The notes under the pieces: generated by a model
What the model was told of the DNA's origin: nothing
Database searches by the model: none
What the model saw: only the letters and a program-made list of their open reading frames with translations
Made by a program: the position numbers and the translations under genes
In this document: positions 28,370-38,606 of the stretch, in pieces
Numbering within the stretch: position 1 is the stretch's first letter
Layout: each line of letters opens with the position of its first letter
NCBI GenBank assembly: GCA_000830295.1
Contig: CP010425.1
Location: 288,001-352,000, forward strand
Source: an archaeon GW2011_AR15
GTDB lineage: Archaea > Nanobdellota > Nanobdellia > Woesearchaeales > GW2011-AR15
Length of the DNA: 64,000 bases
Reading direction: 5' to 3'

Positions 28370-31195
28370 ATGAAAGAGTTGAGAAAAACACAGGAAAAGT
28401 GGGTAAAGAAGTGGGCAACTGCAAAGATATTTGAGACTAAGCCGGACAAGAGGAAAAAGTTCTTCGGCACATTCCCATATCCCTATGTCAACGCCTACCT
28501 TCATCTCGGCCATTTCTATTCTTCAATGAGGCTGGAGGCGCTGTCAAGATTCAAGAGGATGCGCGGATTCAACGTTCTGTATGCCCAGGGATGGCACTGC
28601 ACAGGCTCTCCTATTGTAAACGCCGCAAAAAGGATTGAGGAGAATGAGCCGAAACAGTGGGACATCATGAGGATGCAGGGCTTCTCTGACAAGGAAATAG
28701 AAAATTTCTCAGATCCTGTAGCCTGGGTTGAGTATTTCCCTGATGAGGCAAGAAAGGATTTCACAGCAATGGGATATTCCATTGACTGGAGACGCGAGTT
28801 CATAACAACAGAGCTGAACAAGTCATATGACGCTTTTATAAAATGGCAGTTCAGGAAGCTGAAGGAGAAAGGCTATGTAACAATCGGGAAATTCCCTGTT
28901 GTCTGGGATCCTGTTGACAACAACCCTGTCGGAGACCACGACAGGATAGAGGGGGAAGGGGAAACGCCGCAGGAATATGTGCTTGTCAAGCACAGGCTAG
29001 GGGAAAAATATGTTGTTACGGCAACCCTGAGGCCGGATACGATAATGGGAGTAACAAACCTTTATGTCAATCCCGCATCACAGCTGGTGGAGGCAAATGT
29101 TGATGATGAGCTGTGGATAATTTCAGAAAAAACTGCAAGAGAGCTGGGCTTTCAGGAAAAAAGTGTAAAGATATTCAAAAAAATAACAGGCCTTGATTTA
29201 ATAGGGAAAAAAGTTAAAGAATTTTCAGGAGCTGAAGTGCTTATACTGCCTGCAGCCTTCGTAAGCACAGAGATAGGGACCGGGATTGTCCACTCTGTCC
29301 CGAGCGATTCAGCAGACGACCTTATTGCGCTTTATGACCTGCAGAATGATGAGAAAGAATGCAAAAAATACGGCCTGAAGTTTGAAGATGTGAAGGCTGT
29401 AAAGCCTATTGCAGTGCTTGAGATTCCGGGATACGGAAAAATCCCTGCCGAGGATGTGATAAAAAGGCTTGGGATAAGGAACCAGACAGAAAAAGAAAAG
29501 CTGGGTAAAGCAAAAGAACTGCTCTACAAGGATGGCTTCTACAAGGGAAAGCTGAACAGTCTCTATGCAAAAAAATTTTCAAAGGACCTTTCAGGAAAGA
29601 AAGTTGATGAGGTAAAGGAATTAATCAGGGAAGAGCTTATTGCCTCTGAATTCGGGGACAGGTATTACCAGCTTACAGGGAAGGTTATAGCAAGGACGCT
29701 GGCAGAGTGCGTCGTGAAGATAGTGGACAACCAGTGGTTCATGGCTTACGGCGACGGGGATTGGAAAAAGAAAGCCCATGAGTGCCTTGACAATATGAAG
29801 CTCTACCCTGAAAAAACAAGGAGCCAGTTTGACTATGTTCTGGACTGGTTGAGGAACTGGGCCTGCACAAGAGAATTCGGGCTGGGCACAAAGCTGCCGT
29901 GGGACGGGAAATGGCTGATTGAATCGCTTTCAGATTCAACAATCTACATGGCATATTATACAATAGTTCATAAAATTAAAGAGGTTCCTGCGGAAAACCT
30001 TGATGATGCTTTCTTTGATTATGTCCTGCTTGGGAAAGGGGACAGGAAAAATCTGAAGGTTCCTGCAAAACTGGCAGATGAACTGAGGGAGGAATTTGAA
30101 TACTGGTATCCGATGGATTTCAGGAACACAGGAAAGGACCTTATCCAGAACCACATGTCCTTCTGCATATTCAACCATACTGCAATTTTCCCGAAAAAGC
30201 ACTGGCCCCGCTCTTTTGGGTTGAACGGCCATGTCATGGTTGACGGCGACAAAATGTCGAAGAGCAAGGGGAACTTCATCTCGATGAGGCAGGCAAATGA
30301 TGATTACGGGGCAGATGCTTCAAGGTTCACTGCGCTTTCAGGCGGGGAAGGGATTGATGATGCAAATTTCGACAGGGAGCTTGCAAAAACAATGTCCTCA
30401 AAGCTCCTCTCGCTCCTGGATTTTGCAAAGGAGAACTACAACAAGGGCCGCGACAAGAAGCTGGCGATTGATGAATGGATGGACAACAGGATAAGCTCAA
30501 TAATCGCAAAAACAACAGAAAACTACGAGGAAACATTATTCAGAAGTGCGCTGCAGAACTGCTATTTCGATATGCAGAATGCCCTGAAATGGTATATGAG
30601 AAGATGCAACAACAAGCCCAACAAAAAAACAATAAGCAGGTTCATTGAAGTCCAGGCATTGCTTATGTCCCCTATAACCCCTTTTGTTGCCGAAGAGATA
30701 TGGGGAAAAATAGGGAAAAAAGGATTTATTTCTGAGGCAGAATGGCCGAAAGCAGGAAAAATTTCAGAAGACAGGAGCGAGGACATGATAAAGGACACTC
30801 TTGAGGACATCCATTCTGTGCTTGACCTATTGAAGATAGGCAGGCCAAAGAAAATAAGGCTGTTTGTTGCAGAGAAATGGAAGTATGACCTTTACAGGCT
30901 GCTGAAAAAAGAGCTTGAAAACACAAGGGATTTCGGAAAGCTGATGGCAGCTGTGATGAAAGAGCAGAGATTCAAGGAGCACAGCAAGGACATAGCAAAA
31001 ATAATACAGAAGGCTGTGAAAACCGGCATAGAGGAGGCCATGCCGCAGGACAGGGAACTGAAAGTCCTGAAGGAAAGCGCTGATTTCTTCAAAGAAGAGT
31101 TCAGTGCTGAGATAGAAATCCTTGAAGCTGAAAAAAGCAGCGAGGGAAAGGCAAAGCAGGCCCTCCCCGGAAAGGTTGCAATAATAATTGAGTAG
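28370..31195 (+). CDS. leuS: Leucine--tRNA ligase (archaeal)
   Basis: FPYPY...HLGH, TLRPDT editing domain, GKDLIQNH, KMSKS. Confidence 0.97.
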   Translation: MKELRKTQEKWVKKWATAKIFETKPDKRKKFFGTFPYPYVNAYLHLGHFYSSMRLEALSRFKRMRGFNVLYAQGWHCTGSPIVNAAKRIEENEPKQWDIMRMQGFSDKEIENFSDPVAWVEYFPDEARKDFTAMGYSIDWRREFITTELNKSYDAFIKWQFRKLKEKGYVTIGKFPVVWDPVDNNPVGDHDRIEGEGETPQEYVLVKHRLGEKYVVTATLRPDTIMGVTNLYVNPASQLVEANVDDELWIISEKTARELGFQEKSVKIFKKITGLDLIGKKVKEFSGAEVLILPAAFVSTEIGTGIVHSVPSDSADDLIALYDLQNDEKECKKYGLKFEDVKAVKPIAVLEIPGYGKIPAEDVIKRLGIRNQTEKEKLGKAKELLYKDGFYKGKLNSLYAKKFSKDLSGKKVDEVKELIREELIASEFGDRYYQLTGKVIARTLAECVVKIVDNQWFMAYGDGDWKKKAHECLDNMKLYPEKTRSQFDYVLDWLRNWACTREFGLGTKLPWDGKWLIESLSDSTIYMAYYTIVHKIKEVPAENLDDAFFDYVLLGKGDRKNLKVPAKLADELREEFEYWYPMDFRNTGKDLIQNHMSFCIFNHTAIFPKKHWPRSFGLNGHVMVDGDKMSKSKGNFISMRQANDDYGADASRFTALSGGEGIDDANFDRELAKTMSSKLLSLLDFAKENYNKGRDKKLAIDEWMDNRISSIIAKTTENYEETLFRSALQNCYFDMQNALKWYMRRCNNKPNKKTISRFIEVQALLMSPITPFVAEEIWGKIGKKGFISEAEWPKAGKISEDRSEDMIKDTLEDIHSVLDLLKIGRPKKIRLFVAEKWKYDLYRLLKKELENTRDFGKLMAAVMKEQRFKEHSKDIAKIIQKAVKTGIEEAMPQDRELKVLKESADFFKEEFSAEIEILEAEKSSEGKAKQALPGKVAIIIE

Positions 31196-31561
31196 GTGAT
31201 AAGAATGAAAAATATTGCCCCTAATGTATTCAGACAAAGGCTACTAATTGAAGGGTTCTACACCATAAATGTTAATAAAGACACTATAAAAAAATACTTT
31301 CACGGTATAGTAAGAGAGTTAAAAACAAAGATGTATGGTGACCCTATAATTTTTTCTCCTGCTGGCGAAGGAAAAGAGGAGAATCAGGGGTATGACGCTT
31401 TTGCTCCTCTGATTGATTCAGGAATATCTTTGTATATATGGGCTAATTCCAAGTTTTTTTCAATAATTCTCTATACATGCAAAGAATTTGATGGGAAGAC
31501 AGCAGTAAACTTCACGAAAAAGTTCTTTAAGGCAAAAGAAGTTGTTTATGAGGGATTTTAA
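31196..31561 (+). CDS. S-adenosylmethionine decarboxylase-like proenzyme
   Basis: RQRLLIEG, G.DAFAPLIDSGISLY.W, YTCKEFD match the SpeD-like fold; cleavage motif is atypical. Confidence 0.65.
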   Translation: MIRMKNIAPNVFRQRLLIEGFYTINVNKDTIKKYFHGIVRELKTKMYGDPIIFSPAGEGKEENQGYDAFAPLIDSGISLYIWANSKFFSIILYTCKEFDGKTAVNFTKKFFKAKEVVYEGF

Positions 31562-31605
31562 GGAACTGAGTAAACTTTTTATATTCTTATAAATAAACAG
31601 GTTTA

Positions 31606-32328
31606 ATGGTAAAGAATTTACTCTATAATTCTCTTGCAAAATATTACGATAAAATATACCACTGGAAAGACTACAAAAAAGAGACAAAGAAAATAATTGA
31701 ACTGATAAACAAGCATAAAAAGTCAAAAGGAAAGGAGCTATTGGATGTTGCCTGCGGGACAGGGACGCATATTTCTCTCCTGAAGAAAAAATTCAATTGC
31801 ACAGGTGTTGACCTCAATGAGGATATGCTCAGAGTCGCAAGGAAAAAGGTAAGGGGAGTCGTTTTCAGAAAAGCTGATATGGCTTCTTTCAGCTTAAACA
31901 AAAAGTTTGATGTCATTACCTGTTTATTCAGTGCCATAGGTCATCTTAAGACAGACAGGCAGATTGAGAGGGCAATAGAAAGTTTTTCCAGGCACCTGAA
32001 ACAGGGCGGAGTGCTTGTCATAGAACCATGGATAACAAAAGAAACATACAGCGGAGACCTGCCTTTCATGAGGACATATGATTCTGACAATCTAAAGATA
32101 GCGAGGCTCAATGTCTCAAAGAAAAAAGGAGACATGTTCATACTTGAAGTGCACTACCTTGTCGCAGAGAGGGGCAAAGGCGTCAGCTATTTCAGGGAAA
32201 CCAGCAGACTGAAATTCTCCGAAACCGGGAAGATGCTGAAATACATGAAAAAATATGGTATTAAGGCAAAATTCCTGAAGAACGGGCTTATGAAAGGCAG
32301 GGGTTTGTTTGTCGGTGTGAAATTGTAA
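31606..32328 (+). CDS. Class I SAM-dependent methyltransferase
   Basis: LDVACGTG, FDVITCLF, LKQGG. Confidence 0.92.
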   Translation: MVKNLLYNSLAKYYDKIYHWKDYKKETKKIIELINKHKKSKGKELLDVACGTGTHISLLKKKFNCTGVDLNEDMLRVARKKVRGVVFRKADMASFSLNKKFDVITCLFSAIGHLKTDRQIERAIESFSRHLKQGGVLVIEPWITKETYSGDLPFMRTYDSDNLKIARLNVSKKKGDMFILEVHYLVAERGKGVSYFRETSRLKFSETGKMLKYMKKYGIKAKFLKNGLMKGRGLFVGVKL

Positions 32329-32372
32329 TCCATGCGATATCTTTATAAAGCAAACGTTTTTTCCAAGACACT

Positions 32373-32573
32373 ATGATTATACCCGTAAGATGCTTCAGCT
32401 GCGGCAAGCCAATTGGCCACCTGTGGGAAGATTTTGTTTCTAAGACCAACAACAGGACACAGAAAGTAAAGGAAACACTGGATGACCTTGGCGTGGAAAG
32501 ATATTGCTGCAGGGCAATGTTCATGGGCCAGGTAGACCTTATGGACACAGTTTCTGCTTTCAAGAAATTCTAG
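32373..32573 (+). CDS. rpoN: DNA-directed RNA polymerase subunit N (Rpo10)
   Basis: MIIPVRCFSCG, RYCCR. Confidence 0.97.
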   Translation: MIIPVRCFSCGKPIGHLWEDFVSKTNNRTQKVKETLDDLGVERYCCRAMFMGQVDLMDTVSAFKKF

Positions 32574-33169
32574 TTTTCTGCAATAACTGTAAAATACTTC
32601 AGGGTCCACATCGGATAGTGCTTCTTATACCCTATTATTCTGAATCTCTTCTGCTTCAGGAATCCTATAAATTCATCGCGGCCGAACATAGTATCATACG
32701 GCCTGTCAAACAGCATTTTCATAATCCTCCCTATTGGTGTCCTGAATGTTTCTCTTGATAATTCCTCAGCCACTAAATAGCCTCCGGGCTTCAGGACCCT
32801 CCCCAGCTCTTTTATGCATTTTTTCCATTCTGTGATATGGTTTATCACCCCAAAGCTGAATACGACATCAAAAGAATTAGCAGGATATTTCAGCCTTGTT
32901 GCATCCCCTTTTTCAAAGACTATTGCCGGGTTCTTTATTTTTTTCCTGGCAATGGCTATCATTTTCTCATCCAGGTCAACAGCATATAATTTTTTGAGGG
33001 AGAAATATTCCAGCAGCGCTTTTGACTCAGAGCCGTTGCTGCATCCTATGTCCAGCGCAACTGCATCCTTTGGCAGGCTGAGCCTGAACTGCCTGGCCTT
33101 TGTTTTTCCCTGCAGAAAATCTGCAAAGGGATTGCTTACAACCGCAAACTCAAGCTTATTTAGCTTCAT
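32570..33169 (-). CDS. Class I SAM-dependent methyltransferase
   Basis: LDIGCSNG, GDATRL, RVLKPGG. Confidence 0.9.
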   Translation of the reverse strand: MKLNKLEFAVVSNPFADFLQGKTKARQFRLSLPKDAVALDIGCSNGSESKALLEYFSLKKLYAVDLDEKMIAIARKKIKNPAIVFEKGDATRLKYPANSFDVVFSFGVINHITEWKKCIKELGRVLKPGGYLVAEELSRETFRTPIGRIMKMLFDRPYDTMFGRDEFIGFLKQKRFRIIGYKKHYPMWTLKYFTVIAEN

Positions 33170-33170
33170 T

Positions 33171-34163
33171 TTACCTGAAAATAGCATACCTGCTGTTTTT
33201 CATAATAATCTTTTTTCCCAGTCTTGCTTCTGCGACAGAGATTGTAGGCTGCATGTCTTCTGTATACACATAATCCTGGTGCCATACATTCTCCCTGTGC
33301 TTAAAGCTCTTTACCCCGTAGCTCCCACCGAAATGGTCATTCCTCCCGAGCGCTATGTGCATGCCAAGCTTCTCATCAAGCAGCACTTTCCCTGAGCTCT
33401 TTAGGCCATACTGCCCAAGGACACCGAAAGCCAGCTCTGCTATATTGCCCACTGCAGGGTCTTCCCTTATTTTCTTCATTAGTTTGGTTTCCCTGTCTGC
33501 ATCAGTTATTTTGTTTCCACTGACTTTGTAGACCGTAACCTTGCCTTTTTTTTCCTGTATTGGAAGAAACCCTTCTGTCCTGCTTCCCCCTGTATCGACA
33601 GGAGTGATGAATGCCTCTCCGCTCGGCAGGTTTATTATCTTGCCTCTTGCCTTGCAGAGCCCGTCATCCTTTAGCGGCTTTCTTTCCTTCAAATCAACAA
33701 ATAACCGGTGTTTTTTTCTTCCTACCCTGAAAATAATTTCCGCAGAATTCTCTTTAAGCATGATGTCATAAATCTTAGAGACCTTTTTTGCAACATCCTT
33801 ATAGTCCACTTCCATTGCAGGCAACATTTTTTCATTGAAGCCGGGCATGCTTGCTCCCCTGAACCCGTATTTCCTGGCGGCCCTTGACAATGGGGCAGTT
33901 GCTGAGTATCTTGTCAGGGCAATAACTATGTCTGCTTTTGAGACTTCAGAGATTGCCTGCACAGGGATGTCTGCATTGTTGGAGCCTGTGGCAGGATAGC
34001 TTATCAGTTTTGCCCTGTATCTTTTTAGCTCGGCATGCCATTTTTTTGCCAGCTTTTTCCTGAATTTCCAGTCTGCATCCTCTTCTTTGGAAGTATCAAA
34101 AAGAATGGCTATTTTTTCGCCTTTCTTGTAGCCGAAAACATCCCTCATCAGGCCGGTTATCAT
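33171..34163 (-). CDS. M29-like aminopeptidase
   Basis: NLPSGEAF, AELAFG, LDEK..HIALG, HQD. Confidence 0.8.
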   Translation of the reverse strand: MITGLMRDVFGYKKGEKIAILFDTSKEEDADWKFRKKLAKKWHAELKRYRAKLISYPATGSNNADIPVQAISEVSKADIVIALTRYSATAPLSRAARKYGFRGASMPGFNEKMLPAMEVDYKDVAKKVSKIYDIMLKENSAEIIFRVGRKKHRLFVDLKERKPLKDDGLCKARGKIINLPSGEAFITPVDTGGSRTEGFLPIQEKKGKVTVYKVSGNKITDADRETKLMKKIREDPAVGNIAELAFGVLGQYGLKSSGKVLLDEKLGMHIALGRNDHFGGSYGVKSFKHRENVWHQDYVYTEDMQPTISVAEARLGKKIIMKNSRYAIFR

Positions 34164-34241
34164 AGGCCTGCTAATCCTGGCCTGCTTAAATAGTTAACTG
34201 GGCCATATACCTTTTTATATACAATTTTTCTACTGCCTTAA

Positions 34242-34727
34242 ATGACATCAATAGGTCTTGATTCGCGGCTTGAGAACTATCTGGAAAGATATGACTTAAT
34301 CAATGATCCGCTCTATGCACTAAGAATCAGTTTGCTATATGACAAGGGAGTAGAAATGAATTCTGAGGTAAATCACAAAATGGCTGTAGCCACAAGTAGC
34401 CTGGTCAAAACAATAATCCACTCCTCTGGATTAGTAATGGCAGGAGTGCCTAGGGAGGATGTCATGAATATACTTGGTGATATTATAGACAATAATCGCC
34501 TTCCCCCTGTTTTTTTTCATATAGCAAACTCAGTTACCAGAACTTATGAGGATTGCATTAAAACTGAGCCTGACCTGCAGAAAAGGCAGCATAAAATGGC
34601 CATGCTCCATGCAGCATATCTGATTGGAAGCAACCTTGACCCTGAGGCATATTTAAGAAAAATGGAAGAGACGTTCAGGTATGTAGATTATGTCAGCAGG
34701 ATAATAGATTCCGCTAAACTGAATTAA
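34242..34727 (+). CDS. Hypothetical protein
   Basis: 161-aa ORF after TATA-like TTTATATA. Confidence 0.6.
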   Translation: MTSIGLDSRLENYLERYDLINDPLYALRISLLYDKGVEMNSEVNHKMAVATSSLVKTIIHSSGLVMAGVPREDVMNILGDIIDNNRLPPVFFHIANSVTRTYEDCIKTEPDLQKRQHKMAMLHAAYLIGSNLDPEAYLRKMEETFRYVDYVSRIIDSAKLN

Positions 34728-34774
34728 CTGGCCAATCCACAATCTTTTTATATAGATAGACCATTCTTTAAACC

Positions 34775-35587
34775 ATGTGCGCACGCATACTTTTTCTGGG
34801 AACAGCAGGGGATGCTATGGTTGCGGGAAAGCAGCACAGGGCATCCGGCGGAGTAATCCTGGATTTTGACGGAACGCAGTTCCATGTTGACCCCGGCCCT
34901 GCTTCATTGCTCATGGCCAAGGCAGCCAGCGTCAATCTCAGGGAAAATACAGCAGTGTTTATTACAGGTAATGACATGCTGAGGGCCAATGACGTGAATG
35001 CCGTCATAAGTGCAATGACCCATGAGGGCCTGGACAAAATCGGCGTTCTTGTCTGCCCATCTTCTGTTGCAGAAGAAAAAGAGAACAGCCAGCCTTTCCT
35101 TAACAGGGAGCATAAGAATTTCCTTGAAAGGATGATTATTATCGACAATACAGAGAAAATCGGAATCAATGATATTGACATAGAGATCATAAAGCTGAAA
35201 GAGCCTGTCGGAAAGACCTGCGGATACAGGTTCATAACCCAGAAATTCAGCATAGCCTACCTTCCCCAGACACCTTATTCCAGCCTGATAGTCGATGCCC
35301 TGAAAGATACAGACATAATCATAATAGGACTGAAAACGCCTGGGGAATCAAAAGAGAATGAGCCGATGTCCACAAAAGATGCTGAGAAGCTGATCAATAT
35401 TGTGAAGCCCCAGCTCGCTGTGGTCACATCATTCGGCGTCAAGATGCTCCAGGCAGACCCGCTGTATGAGGCAAGGGAAATACAAAGAAATACAGGCATC
35501 CAGGTTATTGCAGCAAAAGACGGCATGACCATAAACCCAATGTCATTCACAACAACAGTCAGGCAGAAGAGCCTGAAGGGATTCTAG
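34775..35587 (+). CDS. Metallo-beta-lactamase-fold protein with degenerate metal site
   Basis: ILFLGTAG, VDPGP, KPQLAVVTSFG; HxHxDH replaced by GNDMLR. Confidence 0.75.
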   Translation: MCARILFLGTAGDAMVAGKQHRASGGVILDFDGTQFHVDPGPASLLMAKAASVNLRENTAVFITGNDMLRANDVNAVISAMTHEGLDKIGVLVCPSSVAEEKENSQPFLNREHKNFLERMIIIDNTEKIGINDIDIEIIKLKEPVGKTCGYRFITQKFSIAYLPQTPYSSLIVDALKDTDIIIIGLKTPGESKENEPMSTKDAEKLINIVKPQLAVVTSFGVKMLQADPLYEAREIQRNTGIQVIAAKDGMTINPMSFTTTVRQKSLKGF

Positions 35588-35626
35588 CAATTGCTTTAAG
35601 AATAAGCTAATTTTCTCTGCCTCTTT

Positions 35627-36250
35627 ATGGGTGGGGAAGATATTGCAGGCGTGCTGAAGTTTTATTATCATTCCCCGCGCTCAGAACTGCCTATTCCTGA
35701 TTTTGCGGGAGATAGGAACGACAAAGGGTCAAAAAAAACAGAGCCGCATTTTCTTCCTGATAATATGGTAGCTGAGAATTTTCTCAAGACATGCTACCCC
35801 AGGAACATAAAAGCAGTAATTGACATGGATCTGCCATATCTCTTCTGGGTGACAAGGAAACAGGAGGAAAACTCAAAAATCAAGAATTCACAGGTTGTGA
35901 TAGGCTATCTGGAAGTCGCCTCCCACGAGATGAGAGAGGATACTGTCTCCGGAACTGAACTTACCGGAAAACCGCATCACACCATATACGGAAAAGGACA
36001 CCTCTATGCTTTTGACAACGCAATAGAAACAAGGGAAATATTCGGGAAGGTGTTGACAAGGGTTGATTTCACTCACAGGTTCCATGTGAGCCATGCGCAG
36101 GCAGAGAGGATGCTGGACCATTTCTCAGAGCTTGATGATATTGTGCATCAATGCGCAGATGAAATAGCTAGATTAGATGTGAAAGGCTACACATGTTTCC
36201 CTGAGATATGCCCTGTAAAGCAGGGCTGCGCACTCTATCATAATCTTTAA
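35627..36250 (+). CDS. Hypothetical protein with C-terminal Cys cluster
   Basis: 207-aa ORF ending C.PEICPVKQGC. Confidence 0.65.
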   Translation: MGGEDIAGVLKFYYHSPRSELPIPDFAGDRNDKGSKKTEPHFLPDNMVAENFLKTCYPRNIKAVIDMDLPYLFWVTRKQEENSKIKNSQVVIGYLEVASHEMREDTVSGTELTGKPHHTIYGKGHLYAFDNAIETREIFGKVLTRVDFTHRFHVSHAQAERMLDHFSELDDIVHQCADEIARLDVKGYTCFPEICPVKQGCALYHNL

Positions 36251-36304
36251 TCTAGTATTTTCACAACAGTAATTTTTTTAAATCAGTGTGAATTACAAAA
36301 AAGA

Positions 36305-36640
36305 ATGCTTTTTGCAACCCTGGGGAAACTTGACCTTATAACCGTACTCATACTCTTAGGGGCTGCTATACTCCCGTCAAAGCTGCTGATGTATGCTGCT
36401 CTCTATCTTATTGTGAAGGGCGGGCTGTTCGTACTGATGAACAGGGACCTTGCAAGCTATGGCGACCTTTTCTCGGGAATCTACATTCTTGTCCTTTCAT
36501 TCGGCATAAAAATACCCTATCTTCACCAGATCGTCTTCTTCTGGCTGCTCCAGAAAACCATTCTGACATTCATAGGAATCGGCCTGAAGCTGTTCCTGTT
36601 CTATCAGGAAAGCAAAGACGGGCTTCCTTTTTCAAGATAG
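36305..36640 (+). CDS. Small membrane protein
   Basis: 3-4 hydrophobic segments. Confidence 0.7.
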   Translation: MLFATLGKLDLITVLILLGAAILPSKLLMYAALYLIVKGGLFVLMNRDLASYGDLFSGIYILVLSFGIKIPYLHQIVFFWLLQKTILTFIGIGLKLFLFYQESKDGLPFSR

Positions 36641-36676
36641 ATAAATTATTTATAGGACCGGTCCTTTAAAATTTTA

Positions 36677-37627
36677 ATGGAAGTTCTTGCTCTTGATATA
36701 GGAGGCACAAATGCCAGGATAGGGCTGCTGGAAGCCAAAGGCAAAAAAATATCATTAAAGGAGAAAAGGATATTCTCCACAAAGAATGTCTATAATATCC
36801 CTAAACTGATAAACGGATTCGGGAAGAATGCAGAAAGAGCATGCTTTGCAGTTGCCGGCCCTATAGCAGGAAAAAAGGCAAAGCTGACAAATGCAGACCT
36901 GACTATTGACATATCAAAAGTAAAAAAAGAAACAAGGCTGAAGCATGTCGCTCTTGTAAATGATTTCCATGCAAATGCTGCTGCACTGCCCTTCCTGAGA
37001 AAATCAGACATTTTTGCACTGAACAAGGGCTCTGCAAAAGACGGGATAAAGATGGTAATTGGGGCAGGGACCGGGCTGGGCAAGTCATATGTTATTGACG
37101 GGAAAATATTCCCAAGCGAAGGAGGCCACACCATTGTCGGAGTAGAGGATATTGATGAATACGCCCTTGTTGACTATATCAAGAAGAAGATAAAAGGCAC
37201 TGTCTGCTATGAAGATGTTCTATCTGGCCGGGGCATATCAGCGATATATGAGTATCTTGAGATAAAATCCAACCTTACAATGAACGGCAGGATGCACAGG
37301 CTGATACAGGAAGCAAAGTACAAGCCGGAGATAATAACAGAGAACTACAAAAAGGACAAACTGTCGGGCCTGGCAGTCCGGCTGTTTGTGAAATTCTATG
37401 CCAGGTTTGCCAGGGACTCCGCCCTTAATACGCTTTGCTCTGAGATATACCTTGCCGGCGGAATAGCAAAAGCCATAAAGGACCCTATGAAGGAGGGATT
37501 CATGAAAGAGTTCCTGAATCACAGGCATTACAGCAGCCTATTGAAGAAAATGAAAGTGGCCCTAGTCATGAACCCTGATATCGGGCTCATCGGCGCAGGA
37601 GCAATAGCTGCCGGCTTACAGAAGTAA
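36677..37627 (+). CDS. glk: ATP-dependent glucokinase (bacterial Glk type)
   Basis: DIGGTNAR, AVAGP, NDF, GAGTGLG, SEGGH, LSGRG. Confidence 0.9.
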   Translation: MEVLALDIGGTNARIGLLEAKGKKISLKEKRIFSTKNVYNIPKLINGFGKNAERACFAVAGPIAGKKAKLTNADLTIDISKVKKETRLKHVALVNDFHANAAALPFLRKSDIFALNKGSAKDGIKMVIGAGTGLGKSYVIDGKIFPSEGGHTIVGVEDIDEYALVDYIKKKIKGTVCYEDVLSGRGISAIYEYLEIKSNLTMNGRMHRLIQEAKYKPEIITENYKKDKLSGLAVRLFVKFYARFARDSALNTLCSEIYLAGGIAKAIKDPMKEGFMKEFLNHRHYSSLLKKMKVALVMNPDIGLIGAGAIAAGLQK

Positions 37628-38530
37628 TACTATGCCGTAGCCTATAAAACAGCCTATGCTTATGAAGGGCATTGCAGGATAGAATTTCCCCTTCTCGCTT
37701 TTTATGAACAGCAAAAACAGCGCTGCGCCTGCAAACAGTGATATGGGCAGGGTCCTGAAGAATGCCATCTCTTTTGAGATTCCTGCCTCAATAAGGAAAG
37801 TCATGACGCTTCCTGCAAATATCATGGGGAATGCGACGTCTCCCCCGCCAAGTATAGCTGAAGTTGTCTTTCCTCCCTTGATGTTTTTTGAAATTTTTAT
37901 CTTAACTTCTGCTTTCTTTGTCTTTGTTTCGCTCTTATACGGGATCATAAGCCCTGCAAACATCTCATTATCCGACTGGGCCTCTGCCAAAGTTATCATA
38001 TGCTTGCTTTTCCATACTGCTATCATATCATAGATGGATATCGCAATCAGGAGCATTGCCGCCCAGAACAGGTTGAACATAGGGGAGATTATTATCGCTA
38101 TTCCCGGATATATAAGAACCTCTGTCATGTTGTGTATGACTGCGTTCGGTTTGTAAATCTTGATATATGCAAGGACAAATGAAATTATTGCAGACAGCAT
38201 GTCATCAAGGAATACTGAAAATGAGATTGACAGGGCCCCCCATATTGCAAGGAAAAACCACAGCTTCCACAGCCTGAAAAGCCTGAGCTTTATTATAACA
38301 AGAAGTATCGCAGTTCCTACAAGCACCATGGCCAGGATATAACTAAAAGATGACTGGCCTTCCAGTTCCGGCCTGCCTGTAATGGGTTGGCTGTACACCA
38401 CCTCTATGTCCCCTTCCGGAGTCTGCTCAACTGTCTCTATGCTCTGGTTCAGAAGATAGAGTCCGACTATCTGTGTCGTGAAAAAAAGAACCATGAGATA
38501 TGCGATTATCCTAAGATTGTGCTTCATCAT
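37616..38530 (-). CDS. Presenilin/SPP-family (A22) intramembrane aspartyl protease
   Basis: YDMIAVW, LGGGD, PAMPF; multiple TM segments. Confidence 0.9.
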   Translation of the reverse strand: MMKHNLRIIAYLMVLFFTTQIVGLYLLNQSIETVEQTPEGDIEVVYSQPITGRPELEGQSSFSYILAMVLVGTAILLVIIKLRLFRLWKLWFFLAIWGALSISFSVFLDDMLSAIISFVLAYIKIYKPNAVIHNMTEVLIYPGIAIIISPMFNLFWAAMLLIAISIYDMIAVWKSKHMITLAEAQSDNEMFAGLMIPYKSETKTKKAEVKIKISKNIKGGKTTSAILGGGDVAFPMIFAGSVMTFLIEAGISKEMAFFRTLPISLFAGAALFLLFIKSEKGKFYPAMPFISIGCFIGYGIVLLL

Positions 38531-38606
38531 CCCTTAACTGTGGCCCATTATTAAAAACTCTTTGTTTTCATAATATTTTAATAGTCCAGACAAAATAACA
38601 GGGTAT

